From NCBI GenBank assembly GCA_046583315.1, contig JAYGCN010000255.1, forward strand, positions 1-17,851: DNA of 17,851 nucleotides, in the 5' to 3' direction. Position 1 is the stretch's first letter. Each line of letters opens with the position of its first letter. This DNA is from Candidatus Hydrogenedentota bacterium. Its GTDB lineage: Bacteria > Hydrogenedentota > Hydrogenedentia > Hydrogenedentales > GCA-2746185. The position numbers and the translations under genes were made by a program. Of the stretch, positions 7,074 through 14,953 are shown one piece after another. The notes under the pieces are model-generated. The model was not told the origin of the DNA. It saw only the letters and a program-made list of their open reading frames with translations, and searched no databases.

Positions 7074-8225
7074 TTATTCCTTAAACGGAAATAGCTTTAC
7101 TTCATAGTCCGGCTCCGGAAGATTGTTCATATTCTCAGGAAACTCGCCTGCGTTGAAATACCAATCCGCAACATCCAGCATAACTCCGGCATCTTCCCCG
7201 TTAAAGGTATGTCCGCCCTCACGGAATTTCGCGAGGTTGTTTTTGGGCACGCCGAGTAAATCAAAGACCGATTGCGCCCCCTGATAGCAAACCTGCGTGC
7301 CAAAGTTATTGGCCCAGGTGTCGTCATAGCCATCATTGGACAGGACGACACGCGGGGCGACCAATGCGCGCATGAAGTGCTGGTCAAAGGGAAGCTCTTG
7401 CTCCCGACCGACGAAACGACGAATATCTTTGTGCATCCAAAAGAGCCAGCGCTCTTCACGGGTCAACAGCTCGAGCGTTTCTGCCCCTGCATGATAGTTT
7501 CGATAGGTGGATGCACCGCCGCATCCAGAACCATTCGGCACCACCAGTTTGAACCGTTCGTCCGTTGCGCCGGCTAGCAACGCTGCTTTTCCTGTTCGTG
7601 AATGACCTGTCACGATGGCTCGAGACGTGTCAATATCCTCTTGGGTCTCAAGAAAATCGAGCACCCGTGAAGCACCCCACGCCCACGTGGCCAGACTGCC
7701 CCAGTCCAGATCAGGATAAGCCATTTGTGCCGACCCTACAATATCATTCCCTTCATCACCCGGATCGAGTTCCGCGGTATTGAACGTTGCGATAGCATAG
7801 CCCCGTTTATTCATCCCTTCCTCATCCGGGTGACCATTGCCGATTTTCACAATGACCGGGAAGGGCCCCTTGCCCTCAATGGGAATTCGCAATAGAACTT
7901 GGATCTTGATTTCCTGATTCGGTCCTGTCGTAATCACGGCACGCCGAAACTTTCCGTATTCAGTTTTCTTTAGGCGATCATGCACCTTCACCACCTTGAC
8001 TTCAGGTGTCACCGAAGGCATATGCCCGAACTGTATCGCCAGAATATCTTTCAGTATTTCAACACGCCGCGCCTTCCATTGCTCAGCCGTCTTCACAAGT
8101 GACCCATCCTTCATCACCAGCGGGTCAGGCAAGGGATCATCTGCCGACAGTAGGCTCGGCGGAAGCGGTGCTGCCAGACTCACAACGGAAAACAACAGGA
8201 GGTAACTCATCAGTGCGATGCGCAT
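7074..8225 (-). CDS. Secreted alpha/beta-hydrolase, carbohydrate esterase family 15 (glucuronoyl esterase)-like
   Basis: LPDPL, WGSLATWAWGASRVLDFL, nucleophile motif GHSRTGKAAL, GSGCGG, PFDQH, LVAPR and REGGH; hydrophobic signal peptide after ATG 8225 (the ORF track starts at TTG 8264). Confidence 0.85.
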   Translation of the reverse strand: MRIALMSYLLLFSVVSLAAPLPPSLLSADDPLPDPLVMKDGSLVKTAEQWKARRVEILKDILAIQFGHMPSVTPEVKVVKVHDRLKKTEYGKFRRAVITTGPNQEIKIQVLLRIPIEGKGPFPVIVKIGNGHPDEEGMNKRGYAIATFNTAELDPGDEGNDIVGSAQMAYPDLDWGSLATWAWGASRVLDFLETQEDIDTSRAIVTGHSRTGKAALLAGATDERFKLVVPNGSGCGGASTYRNYHAGAETLELLTREERWLFWMHKDIRRFVGREQELPFDQHFMRALVAPRVVLSNDGYDDTWANNFGTQVCYQGAQSVFDLLGVPKNNLAKFREGGHTFNGEDAGVMLDVADWYFNAGEFPENMNNLPEPDYEVKLFPFKE

Positions 8226-8387
8226 ATCAAATTTCCCTATTTTGTATTCTCTCTGACAAGCCAAGAAGCTGTTACTTTATACAGAAATCTGTCATTTTGT
8301 CAAAACATCAGTACAACCTTTTTTGGCCGCTCGGTCGGCGTATACTATGGCCGAGTAATCGACCCGGCCAAGCCTTCACCATAAAAG

Positions 8388-8405
8388 TTGAATAGTACTT
8401 TTCAA
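8388..8405. promoter_or_regulatory. Candidate operator palindrome upstream of the TRAP operon
   Basis: TTGAATAGTACTTTTCAA, 16/18 symmetric, ~100 nt before the dctP ATG, in a divergent intergenic region. Confidence 0.45.
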
Positions 8406-8506
8406 TTTGCTTAAATCATTTTGGTCGTGAGAAAGTCGCGGTGTGGATTCGTTTTCGCACACAGCAATACCTATCGTGAGTGTTTGAGTAACAACGAGGA
8501 GGTACG

Positions 8507-9511
8507 ATGAGTAGAAAAGGTCTGATCGTCTTGTTGATTTCTTTTTTGCCGATGCTGACAGGCGGTTGCTCGAAAGACAACAGCTACGTCTTTCTATACG
8601 GCAACGCCCAGAACGAGAATGACCCGCGAAGCGTTTCGATGAAGTTCTTCAAAGAAGAACTGGAAAAGCGCACCGAGGGACGTATTACGGTTCAAAACTA
8701 TTTTGGCGGCATGTTGGGGACGGAGCGTGAAATGGCCGATTCCGTCGCGATCGGTGCTTTGCAAGGTACCCGTGGTGGGATGTACGAAGACGCATCCATT
8801 AAGTTCAACATCATGCAGTTGCCTTTTCTTCTCGAGTCTTGGGATCAGGCGTTGCGGTTGGTGCGTAGCCCATGGATGGCGCAGGTGGCCCAGGAGGGTA
8901 GAGCCAAGGGATTTCACATTCCAGCCGTCGGCGTTTCGCAGGGATTTCGGGCGCATGGATCCAACGGGCATGCGATTCGGACACTCCAGGATTTTGAAGG
9001 TCTGAAGATTCGTGTGCCTGGTTCTCAAGAGGTTTATCATCAGATGGAGGTGGCCTTGGGGGCAAACCCGCAGGGCATCGCACAGGCTGAAACCTATTCC
9101 GCGCTCAAGACTGGGGTTGTGGATGGCACTACGGCGCCGCCTTCTGATCTGTGGGACCGCAGGCAATACGAAACGCTAAAGTGGATCACGATTGATCGGC
9201 ATTCTACAGGGCCCGATCCGCTTATGGTGAATCTTAAGTGGTATGAAAAATTACCGGATGATCTTAAGCTCATTTTCGATGAAGTGGCGAAGGAAGCGAT
9301 GGCCTACAGCGATAAACTGTACATGGAGATGGAAGAAGAGATCATCGCGAAACTGCGTGAGAACACGGAAATCATTTATCTCGACTCTGCGACGATTGCC
9401 GGTATGAAGACCAAGACCAAACCTGTATATGACTTTTTCGTGGATCGAGGCGATTTTTCTTGGGAAGACATCAACGCGGCGCTCGCGGTGGCGGAAGGGG
9501 ATGAACAGTAG
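8507..9511 (+). CDS. dctP: TRAP transporter substrate-binding protein (DctP family), probable lipoprotein
   Basis: ELEKRTEGRITVQNYFGGMLGTERE, QLPFL, GFR, GLKIRVP and YSALKTGVVDG; lipobox-like LTGGC; GAGGAGG ribosome-binding site. Confidence 0.93.
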   Translation: MSRKGLIVLLISFLPMLTGGCSKDNSYVFLYGNAQNENDPRSVSMKFFKEELEKRTEGRITVQNYFGGMLGTEREMADSVAIGALQGTRGGMYEDASIKFNIMQLPFLLESWDQALRLVRSPWMAQVAQEGRAKGFHIPAVGVSQGFRAHGSNGHAIRTLQDFEGLKIRVPGSQEVYHQMEVALGANPQGIAQAETYSALKTGVVDGTTAPPSDLWDRRQYETLKWITIDRHSTGPDPLMVNLKWYEKLPDDLKLIFDEVAKEAMAYSDKLYMEMEEEIIAKLRENTEIIYLDSATIAGMKTKTKPVYDFFVDRGDFSWEDINAALAVAEGDEQ

Positions 9512-10074
9512 TGGAGCATCCTGCTGAATCGAATTCTACTTCAGATGAGTGCGATAACGTGGCCGCCGAAGGGTGGGTAAAGCGTTTCGAGCAGATGCTC
9601 ATCAAGGTTCTTGTGGGCGCGTTTTCGCTCTGCCTGATTCTCATGTTCATCCTCATCGTGACTCAGGTGGCATTGCGCTACGGGCTGAACCGCTCGATTG
9701 GCGGGGCCAACGAACTCGCGACGATTCTTTTCGCCTATACCTCCGCCCTTGGGATTGCAGTCGCTATTGCGCAGCGTGAACACATGGCCATTTCCTGGTT
9801 CTTCCTGCGTTTCCCCGATCGACTTCGAAAAATAGTCGATGGGCTAGGGCTGATATTGCTTGCAGCGGTGAACATCGTTATCTTCTGCTACTCCATTCGC
9901 TGGATCGGCACCACGGGCGACGGAATGATTTCAGTGCTTCAGGTTCCACGATGGACGTCTCAAATTGCCATCCCCATAGGAACCGGCGCGTCGGCACTAT
10001 TCTGCATCATCAAATTTTACTTGGGCGTTTGGGGGGACGAAGAGTTGGGCGTTCCCTGGACCCAGGAAGACTAA
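9511..10074 (+). CDS. dctQ: TRAP transporter small permease
   Basis: Four hydrophobic segments; QVALRY, ELA and REHMAI; GTG start overlaps the dctP TAG. Confidence 0.92.
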   Translation: MEHPAESNSTSDECDNVAAEGWVKRFEQMLIKVLVGAFSLCLILMFILIVTQVALRYGLNRSIGGANELATILFAYTSALGIAVAIAQREHMAISWFFLRFPDRLRKIVDGLGLILLAAVNIVIFCYSIRWIGTTGDGMISVLQVPRWTSQIAIPIGTGASALFCIIKFYLGVWGDEELGVPWTQED

Positions 10075-10083
10075 GGGGCGTTC

Positions 10084-11364
10084 ATGACAATCTTACTCCT
10101 GAGTCTTGTTGTTCTGTTGTTCCTTGGGATCCCGATTGCTTACTCCATTGGTATTTCGTCTCTCCTGTATTTCGCCGTTTACCACCCCGAGATGATGCAG
10201 ATTTTACCGCAGCGCATGTTCTTCGGTTTCAATTCCTATACGTTGATCGCATTACCACTGTTTATTTTGATGGGTTTCCTGATGAACGAATCGGGAATCA
10301 CCGCGCGATTGCTTAACTTCTGTATGATGTTTGTCGGGCGCCTCCGCGGCGGCCTCGGCTTGGTCAATGTCGGCGCGTCAATGATCTTCGGGGGCATCTC
10401 CGGATCCTCCACATCGGATACCGCTTCCATCGGCTCTATTTTGATTCCGGAGATGGAAAAACGCGGCTATCCACGACAGTTTGCTGCGGGCATTACGGTG
10501 GCTTCCTCGACCATGGGGATGATTATTCCTCCGTCCATTCCGGTAGTACTCTACGCCATCGTCGCTCAGGAGTCCGTGAGACAGCTCTTCCTTGGCGGGA
10601 TGATTCCGGGCATCATGATAGGGCTGTTTCAGTTCATGATCACGATCTTTCTGGCCCGTCGGCATAACTACCCCAAGGAGGACATCCGACCGCCGCTGGG
10701 TGAGATTGCGAAGGAGACGTTTTTTTCAGCTTATGTCTTGCTTATGCCCGTCCTTATTGTGGGGATCGTAGTTTTTGGCGTGGCGACGCCGACCGAGTCC
10801 TCCGCCATTGCTGTACTGTACGCGGCGGTGATCGGCTTCGCTTTCACGCGAAAGCTGAAATGGCCTGCTTTCTGGAAGTGTGTGAGGAATACCGTATTGG
10901 TCAGCTCCAAGATCATGATCATCATCGCCTTATCGCAGATCTATATTTTTGTATTGGCCTTGGAGCATCTGCCCGAAGCCCTTTCGGCATTTTTGGATGA
11001 TCTTGATCTTGGCTCCGTGTCGTTCATGCTAATTTTCGCGTCGATCGTATTGATTTTCGGGACGTTTATTGACGTGAGTCCTGCTATTTTACTACTCACG
11101 CCGATATTCTTGCCGTCTGCCGTGGACTTGGGAATTTCCCCCGTCCATTTCGGCATAGTGTTGGTTTCAGGGCTCGCGGTGGGTGCGTGTACGCCCCCCG
11201 TCGGTAATTGCCTCAATGTCTGCTCAGCGATTTCGCACTTGGGTATCGGGAAGATCTTTATTGGTGCTCTTCCCTTTCTCGCCGCCAATGTGTTCACCAT
11301 GATTTTGTGTATTTTCTTCCCGGATCTGGTGATGTGGTTGCCAGAATTGTTTATGGGAGAGTAG
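10084..11364 (+). CDS. dctM: TRAP transporter large permease
   Basis: LIALPLFILMG, RGGLG, FGGISGSS, IIPPSIP, TPTES, PVHFG and TPPVG motifs. Confidence 0.95.
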   Translation: MTILLLSLVVLLFLGIPIAYSIGISSLLYFAVYHPEMMQILPQRMFFGFNSYTLIALPLFILMGFLMNESGITARLLNFCMMFVGRLRGGLGLVNVGASMIFGGISGSSTSDTASIGSILIPEMEKRGYPRQFAAGITVASSTMGMIIPPSIPVVLYAIVAQESVRQLFLGGMIPGIMIGLFQFMITIFLARRHNYPKEDIRPPLGEIAKETFFSAYVLLMPVLIVGIVVFGVATPTESSAIAVLYAAVIGFAFTRKLKWPAFWKCVRNTVLVSSKIMIIIALSQIYIFVLALEHLPEALSAFLDDLDLGSVSFMLIFASIVLIFGTFIDVSPAILLLTPIFLPSAVDLGISPVHFGIVLVSGLAVGACTPPVGNCLNVCSAISHLGIGKIFIGALPFLAANVFTMILCIFFPDLVMWLPELFMGE

Positions 11365-11441
11365 TTACAAAACGCTAATTATGTCGGCGTACACCGACAT
11401 GTATTGTCCAGCGATGGATACAACAACAGGAGAAAAGAACT

Positions 11442-12332
11442 ATGAAGACGATCGGTTTTGTGGGCCTCGGGGATATGGGCTCTGGCATGTCCAAGAACAT
11501 TCTCAAAGGTGGTTTTGATGTAAAAGGATATGACCTGAGTGAGACCCGACTCGCAGAACTCGAATCGGCGGGCGGTTCTCGTGCGGCATCCTGTAAAGAA
11601 CTCGGAGAAACCTGCGACACCATCTTCATCATGGTGCTCAACGGCAATCAAGTGAAACAAGTCATCCTTGGCGAAGACGGTATCCTCGCAGGCGCACAAC
11701 CGGGTACGACGATCATTATCTCCGCCACCATCAAGCCCTCCGAAATTGCCGAATTCATCGAACCCGTGGTAGCAGCAGGCGTGGGACTCCTCGACACCCC
11801 CGTCAGCGGCGGAAAACCCGGTGCTGAGGACGGCCAACTCACCATCATGGCCTCTGGAAACACCGAAGTACTCGAGGCCAACCGCGACGTACTCGACTCC
11901 ATCTCCAAAGTCATCTTCCACGTTGGCGAAACCGTAGGCCAAGGGCAAACGGTAAAGGCATCCTTGCAAGCGATGATCGGAACCGTTTTCGCCGGCATCT
12001 TCGAATCGATGGTGCTCGCTTCTAAATCCGGCGTCGAAGGTAAGACGCTCTACGAAGTCTTCAGTGCCAGCGGCATCAACTGCGGTCTATTCCAAAACTG
12101 TTCCCAGTTGATCCTCGATCGCAAGTTCAAAGACACCGGCAGTCAGATTGCCACCATGTACAAAGACCTCGGTATCAGCATTGATATGGCCCGCGAGAAC
12201 GGTGTACCGCTATTTGCCACGGCCGCGGCATTCCAACTCTTCCAGTCCGGGATTTCGAAGTTCCCCGATGAAGACAACTGGACCTGCGTCAAAGTCCTCG
12301 AAGATATTTGCGACACCGAAGTGAAATGGTAG
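11442..12332 (+). CDS. NAD(P)-dependent dehydrogenase, 3-hydroxyisobutyrate / 2-hydroxy-3-oxopropionate reductase / L-threonate dehydrogenase family
   Basis: IGFVGLGDMGSGM, DTPVSGG, GQGQTVK (catalytic Lys) and MYKDLG; AGGAG ribosome-binding site. Confidence 0.9.
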   Translation: MKTIGFVGLGDMGSGMSKNILKGGFDVKGYDLSETRLAELESAGGSRAASCKELGETCDTIFIMVLNGNQVKQVILGEDGILAGAQPGTTIIISATIKPSEIAEFIEPVVAAGVGLLDTPVSGGKPGAEDGQLTIMASGNTEVLEANRDVLDSISKVIFHVGETVGQGQTVKASLQAMIGTVFAGIFESMVLASKSGVEGKTLYEVFSASGINCGLFQNCSQLILDRKFKDTGSQIATMYKDLGISIDMARENGVPLFATAAAFQLFQSGISKFPDEDNWTCVKVLEDICDTEVKW

Positions 12333-12381
12333 ATTAACAAATACACGGGAATCGATTTCCCGATTTTAGGAGAATAGAAAA

Positions 12382-13248
12382 ATGGCAAAACTAGGTGTAA
12401 TTACAGACGGCATCAGCCGCGATTTTGAACATGCCCTGCAAGTCATGACCGATGCAGGCCTTGAATATGCCGAGTTGCAATACTTGTGGGACAAAGAAGT
12501 CGGCGATCTCGACGACGACGAAATGGGTCGCGCACTTGGTCTCATCGATAAATATGGCGTAAAAGTATCCTGCATCTCCCGCCACAACTTCGTGGGCCTG
12601 AGCGTGATGGATACCGAGATTGGCGACGAGAACCACGAGAAACACATGGCCTCCACCAAACGCTGCATTGACATGGCCAAAGCCTTCGGAAGTCCTCTCG
12701 TGCGTATCATGAGTTTCCGCAAAGAAATGATTCTCTTCGGCGAAAATGGAGCTGAGCAATGGAACGCCAATACGGCCGCCTGGCCCAAACTGGTCAGCTT
12801 ACTCAAGCCCGTGGTGGAACTCGCGGAAAAAGAAGACATGCCGCTCGTCGTAGAGACTGGCAACAACGCCATGATAACGTCCTGCAAGTTAGGCCACAAG
12901 CTCATCGACGAGCTCGATACCAAACACCTGCAAATCCTCTGGGATCCTTGCAACTCGCTTTACTGCAACGAGCAGTCCTTTCCTGCAGGATACGACGCAC
13001 TCCGTGGCGGCTACTTGGGCCATCTGCACATCAAGGATTCCTACATCGACATCCCCGGTGCTCACGTCAAAATCTGCCCCGTTGGCGAAGGCGATATGGC
13101 ACCCTATCTCGAAGACATCGTCCGCAGCCTCAAAGAAGACAAATACGATGGCGCCATCTCACTGGAAAGCGTCTACCACCCCGGCAACGGATCCTACGAA
13201 GACGGTTTCAAAGCTTCGGTCGATAAATTTATAGTATTGTTTGGATAA
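12382..13248 (+). CDS. Sugar phosphate isomerase/epimerase (xylose isomerase-like TIM barrel, AP_endonuc_2)
   Basis: Metal-ligand pattern VVET...WDPCN...HLHIKD...ISLES; PVGEGD; AGGAG ribosome-binding site. Confidence 0.9.
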   Translation: MAKLGVITDGISRDFEHALQVMTDAGLEYAELQYLWDKEVGDLDDDEMGRALGLIDKYGVKVSCISRHNFVGLSVMDTEIGDENHEKHMASTKRCIDMAKAFGSPLVRIMSFRKEMILFGENGAEQWNANTAAWPKLVSLLKPVVELAEKEDMPLVVETGNNAMITSCKLGHKLIDELDTKHLQILWDPCNSLYCNEQSFPAGYDALRGGYLGHLHIKDSYIDIPGAHVKICPVGEGDMAPYLEDIVRSLKEDKYDGAISLESVYHPGNGSYEDGFKASVDKFIVLFG

Positions 13249-13312
13249 ATCTCCCCCAAATATATTCATCAAGAATTGCGCTTGACGACATTTTTATCAC
13301 CCTAACACATTT

Positions 13313-14851
13313 CTACTTCTTGAGTACCCACTGCATGCTGTTGGTCAGCATTTTCCGGAAATCGGGGGAGGCGAAGTCGTCGGGGTGGCCGAGTGAGGTG
13401 TAGAAGACACGGCCTTTGTAGGCGTTGATATTGGTCCAGGCCACGGGTTCGGGGGGATGACCTTCGATTTGTCCCCACATAATAGGGGTGGCGGATTCGG
13501 TCAGTGGATTCACTTTGTAGAGCCAGGAAGTGGTGATGCGTTTATCTGGACTGATGCCGGCGAGGATGGGGTGAGATTCTACTTCGGGCGTGGACCAGAT
13601 GTAGGTACGGGGACTGTCAGGAGATTTGTTGCCGTAGTGATTATGGTAATTGCCGCCGAGCACATCGTGGTCGAACTCGGGCCACTCCAGACCCGCGGCG
13701 GGGCTCTTGCTTCGTGAGGAGAAGGCGTGGCTGGCGGTACGGATAGCGACGATCGGTTTTCCGGATTCGATGTGGGCTTTGATGAATTCGAGTTGGGCTT
13801 TGGGCAGCACTTGGCGGCGCACGGAGATGAAGAGTAGGTCGGCTTGTGCGATAGCTTCGGTGTTCGGGATGTTGTGGAGCCCGTCGCCGAAGAGGTACGT
13901 GCATTTCCAGCCGAGTTCATCGACTAATTCGGATTGCGCATATTCGGGCAACGTATGTTTCGTGTCGTATTCATCTTCGTGAATCAGAAACACCGCATGC
14001 TTGCGGGGGTCGTCTGCAAATCGAAAGGGGGTCTTACCCGTGAAGGCCGTGCTCGTGATGGTGGGAGCCCAATGTCGTTCGATGTGTTCCGTGACCAGTT
14101 CCGTGCCGCGAAAATGAGGAACGAAGGGGGCCATCCGGGAGTTGTACATGGAGTCGGTCATGTCTTTCATAAGAACGACGTTTTTGCCGTTGCTCACGTT
14201 GGCCCGGATGGAAAACGGGCGTCCGAGAACGCACATGTTGGTGTGTACGCCCATAATGATGACGTTGTCGCGATGGTTGGCTTCCAGGATGTTGTAGACT
14301 TCCTGTCCGACCGCGCTGATGTAGTCTTCGGGCGCGATGGTGAGGATGTCGATTTGCCGAGTCCAGGCCTTGTAATTCTTGCAGGCCGGCTGGTCATCGC
14401 ATCCGCCGTCGGAGTCATCAATGGGGAGCGGACCTTCTTCGTCCTGGATGTGCCGCCATCCATTTCGGGAAGGCATCTTTTTATGCTTGGCTTCTTTGGC
14501 ACGTTGCCGCTGCGGAGAATCTTCGTAGAATCCGAGCGTGTCGCTGGGCGCATGAATGATTATTACGCCCTTGTCGCGCGCATTTTTCAATACCGCTTCC
14601 ATGGTCGGTGCCATTTCGGCGACGCGCCCCGTCGCGCCAGCACACCAATGCTTGTCCCACATGTCGCACACAATAATGGCGGTTTCGCTGGCTTCCCACT
14701 CGAGTGTTTTCTGCTCAAGCCGATATACGCCGCCGCTCCCTTTGACTTGATGCTGCGCGGGTAGGGTAAGCATTTCTGCGGTCGAGGAAATGGAGGAGAG
14801 AAGAGGGATAATAGCGGCGCAAAACATAAGGCACTTCATTGGGCGAATCAT
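13313..14851 (-). CDS. Secreted isochorismatase-like cysteine hydrolase fused to a C-terminal ThuA-like domain
   Basis: Signal peptide; TAIIVCDMWDKHWC and GVHTNMCVLGR (isochorismatase fold); IRTASHAF, LGGNYHNHY, HPIL, EPVAWT and GRVFYTSLGHPDDF (ThuA); AAGGAG at 14867-14862. Confidence 0.88.
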   Translation of the reverse strand: MIRPMKCLMFCAAIIPLLSSISSTAEMLTLPAQHQVKGSGGVYRLEQKTLEWEASETAIIVCDMWDKHWCAGATGRVAEMAPTMEAVLKNARDKGVIIIHAPSDTLGFYEDSPQRQRAKEAKHKKMPSRNGWRHIQDEEGPLPIDDSDGGCDDQPACKNYKAWTRQIDILTIAPEDYISAVGQEVYNILEANHRDNVIIMGVHTNMCVLGRPFSIRANVSNGKNVVLMKDMTDSMYNSRMAPFVPHFRGTELVTEHIERHWAPTITSTAFTGKTPFRFADDPRKHAVFLIHEDEYDTKHTLPEYAQSELVDELGWKCTYLFGDGLHNIPNTEAIAQADLLFISVRRQVLPKAQLEFIKAHIESGKPIVAIRTASHAFSSRSKSPAAGLEWPEFDHDVLGGNYHNHYGNKSPDSPRTYIWSTPEVESHPILAGISPDKRITTSWLYKVNPLTESATPIMWGQIEGHPPEPVAWTNINAYKGRVFYTSLGHPDDFASPDFRKMLTNSMQWVLKK

Positions 14852-14885
14852 GAAACGGAATCTCCTTTGGCTTCTGTTCTACACC

Positions 14886-14912
14886 GTAGCATAGTATTTT
14901 GCCGTATGCTAC
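14886..14912. promoter_or_regulatory. Inverted repeat in a divergent promoter region (candidate operator)
   Basis: GTAGCATA-N11-TATGCTAC, perfect 8-bp arms between the divergent starts 14851 and 14954. Confidence 0.4.
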
Positions 14913-14953
14913 AGTGGATTTATCATTCAATAACTGGAAAGAGAGACCAGGCC

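Noticed and set aside
11379..12953. Long antisense ORFs (11379-11969, 12366-12953, 12391-12759)
   Set aside because: They lie opposite well-supported genes and are explained by codon bias on the coding strand.
13934..14764. 276-aa + strand ORF
   Set aside because: It is fully antisense to the isochorismatase-ThuA gene and has no recognisable motif.
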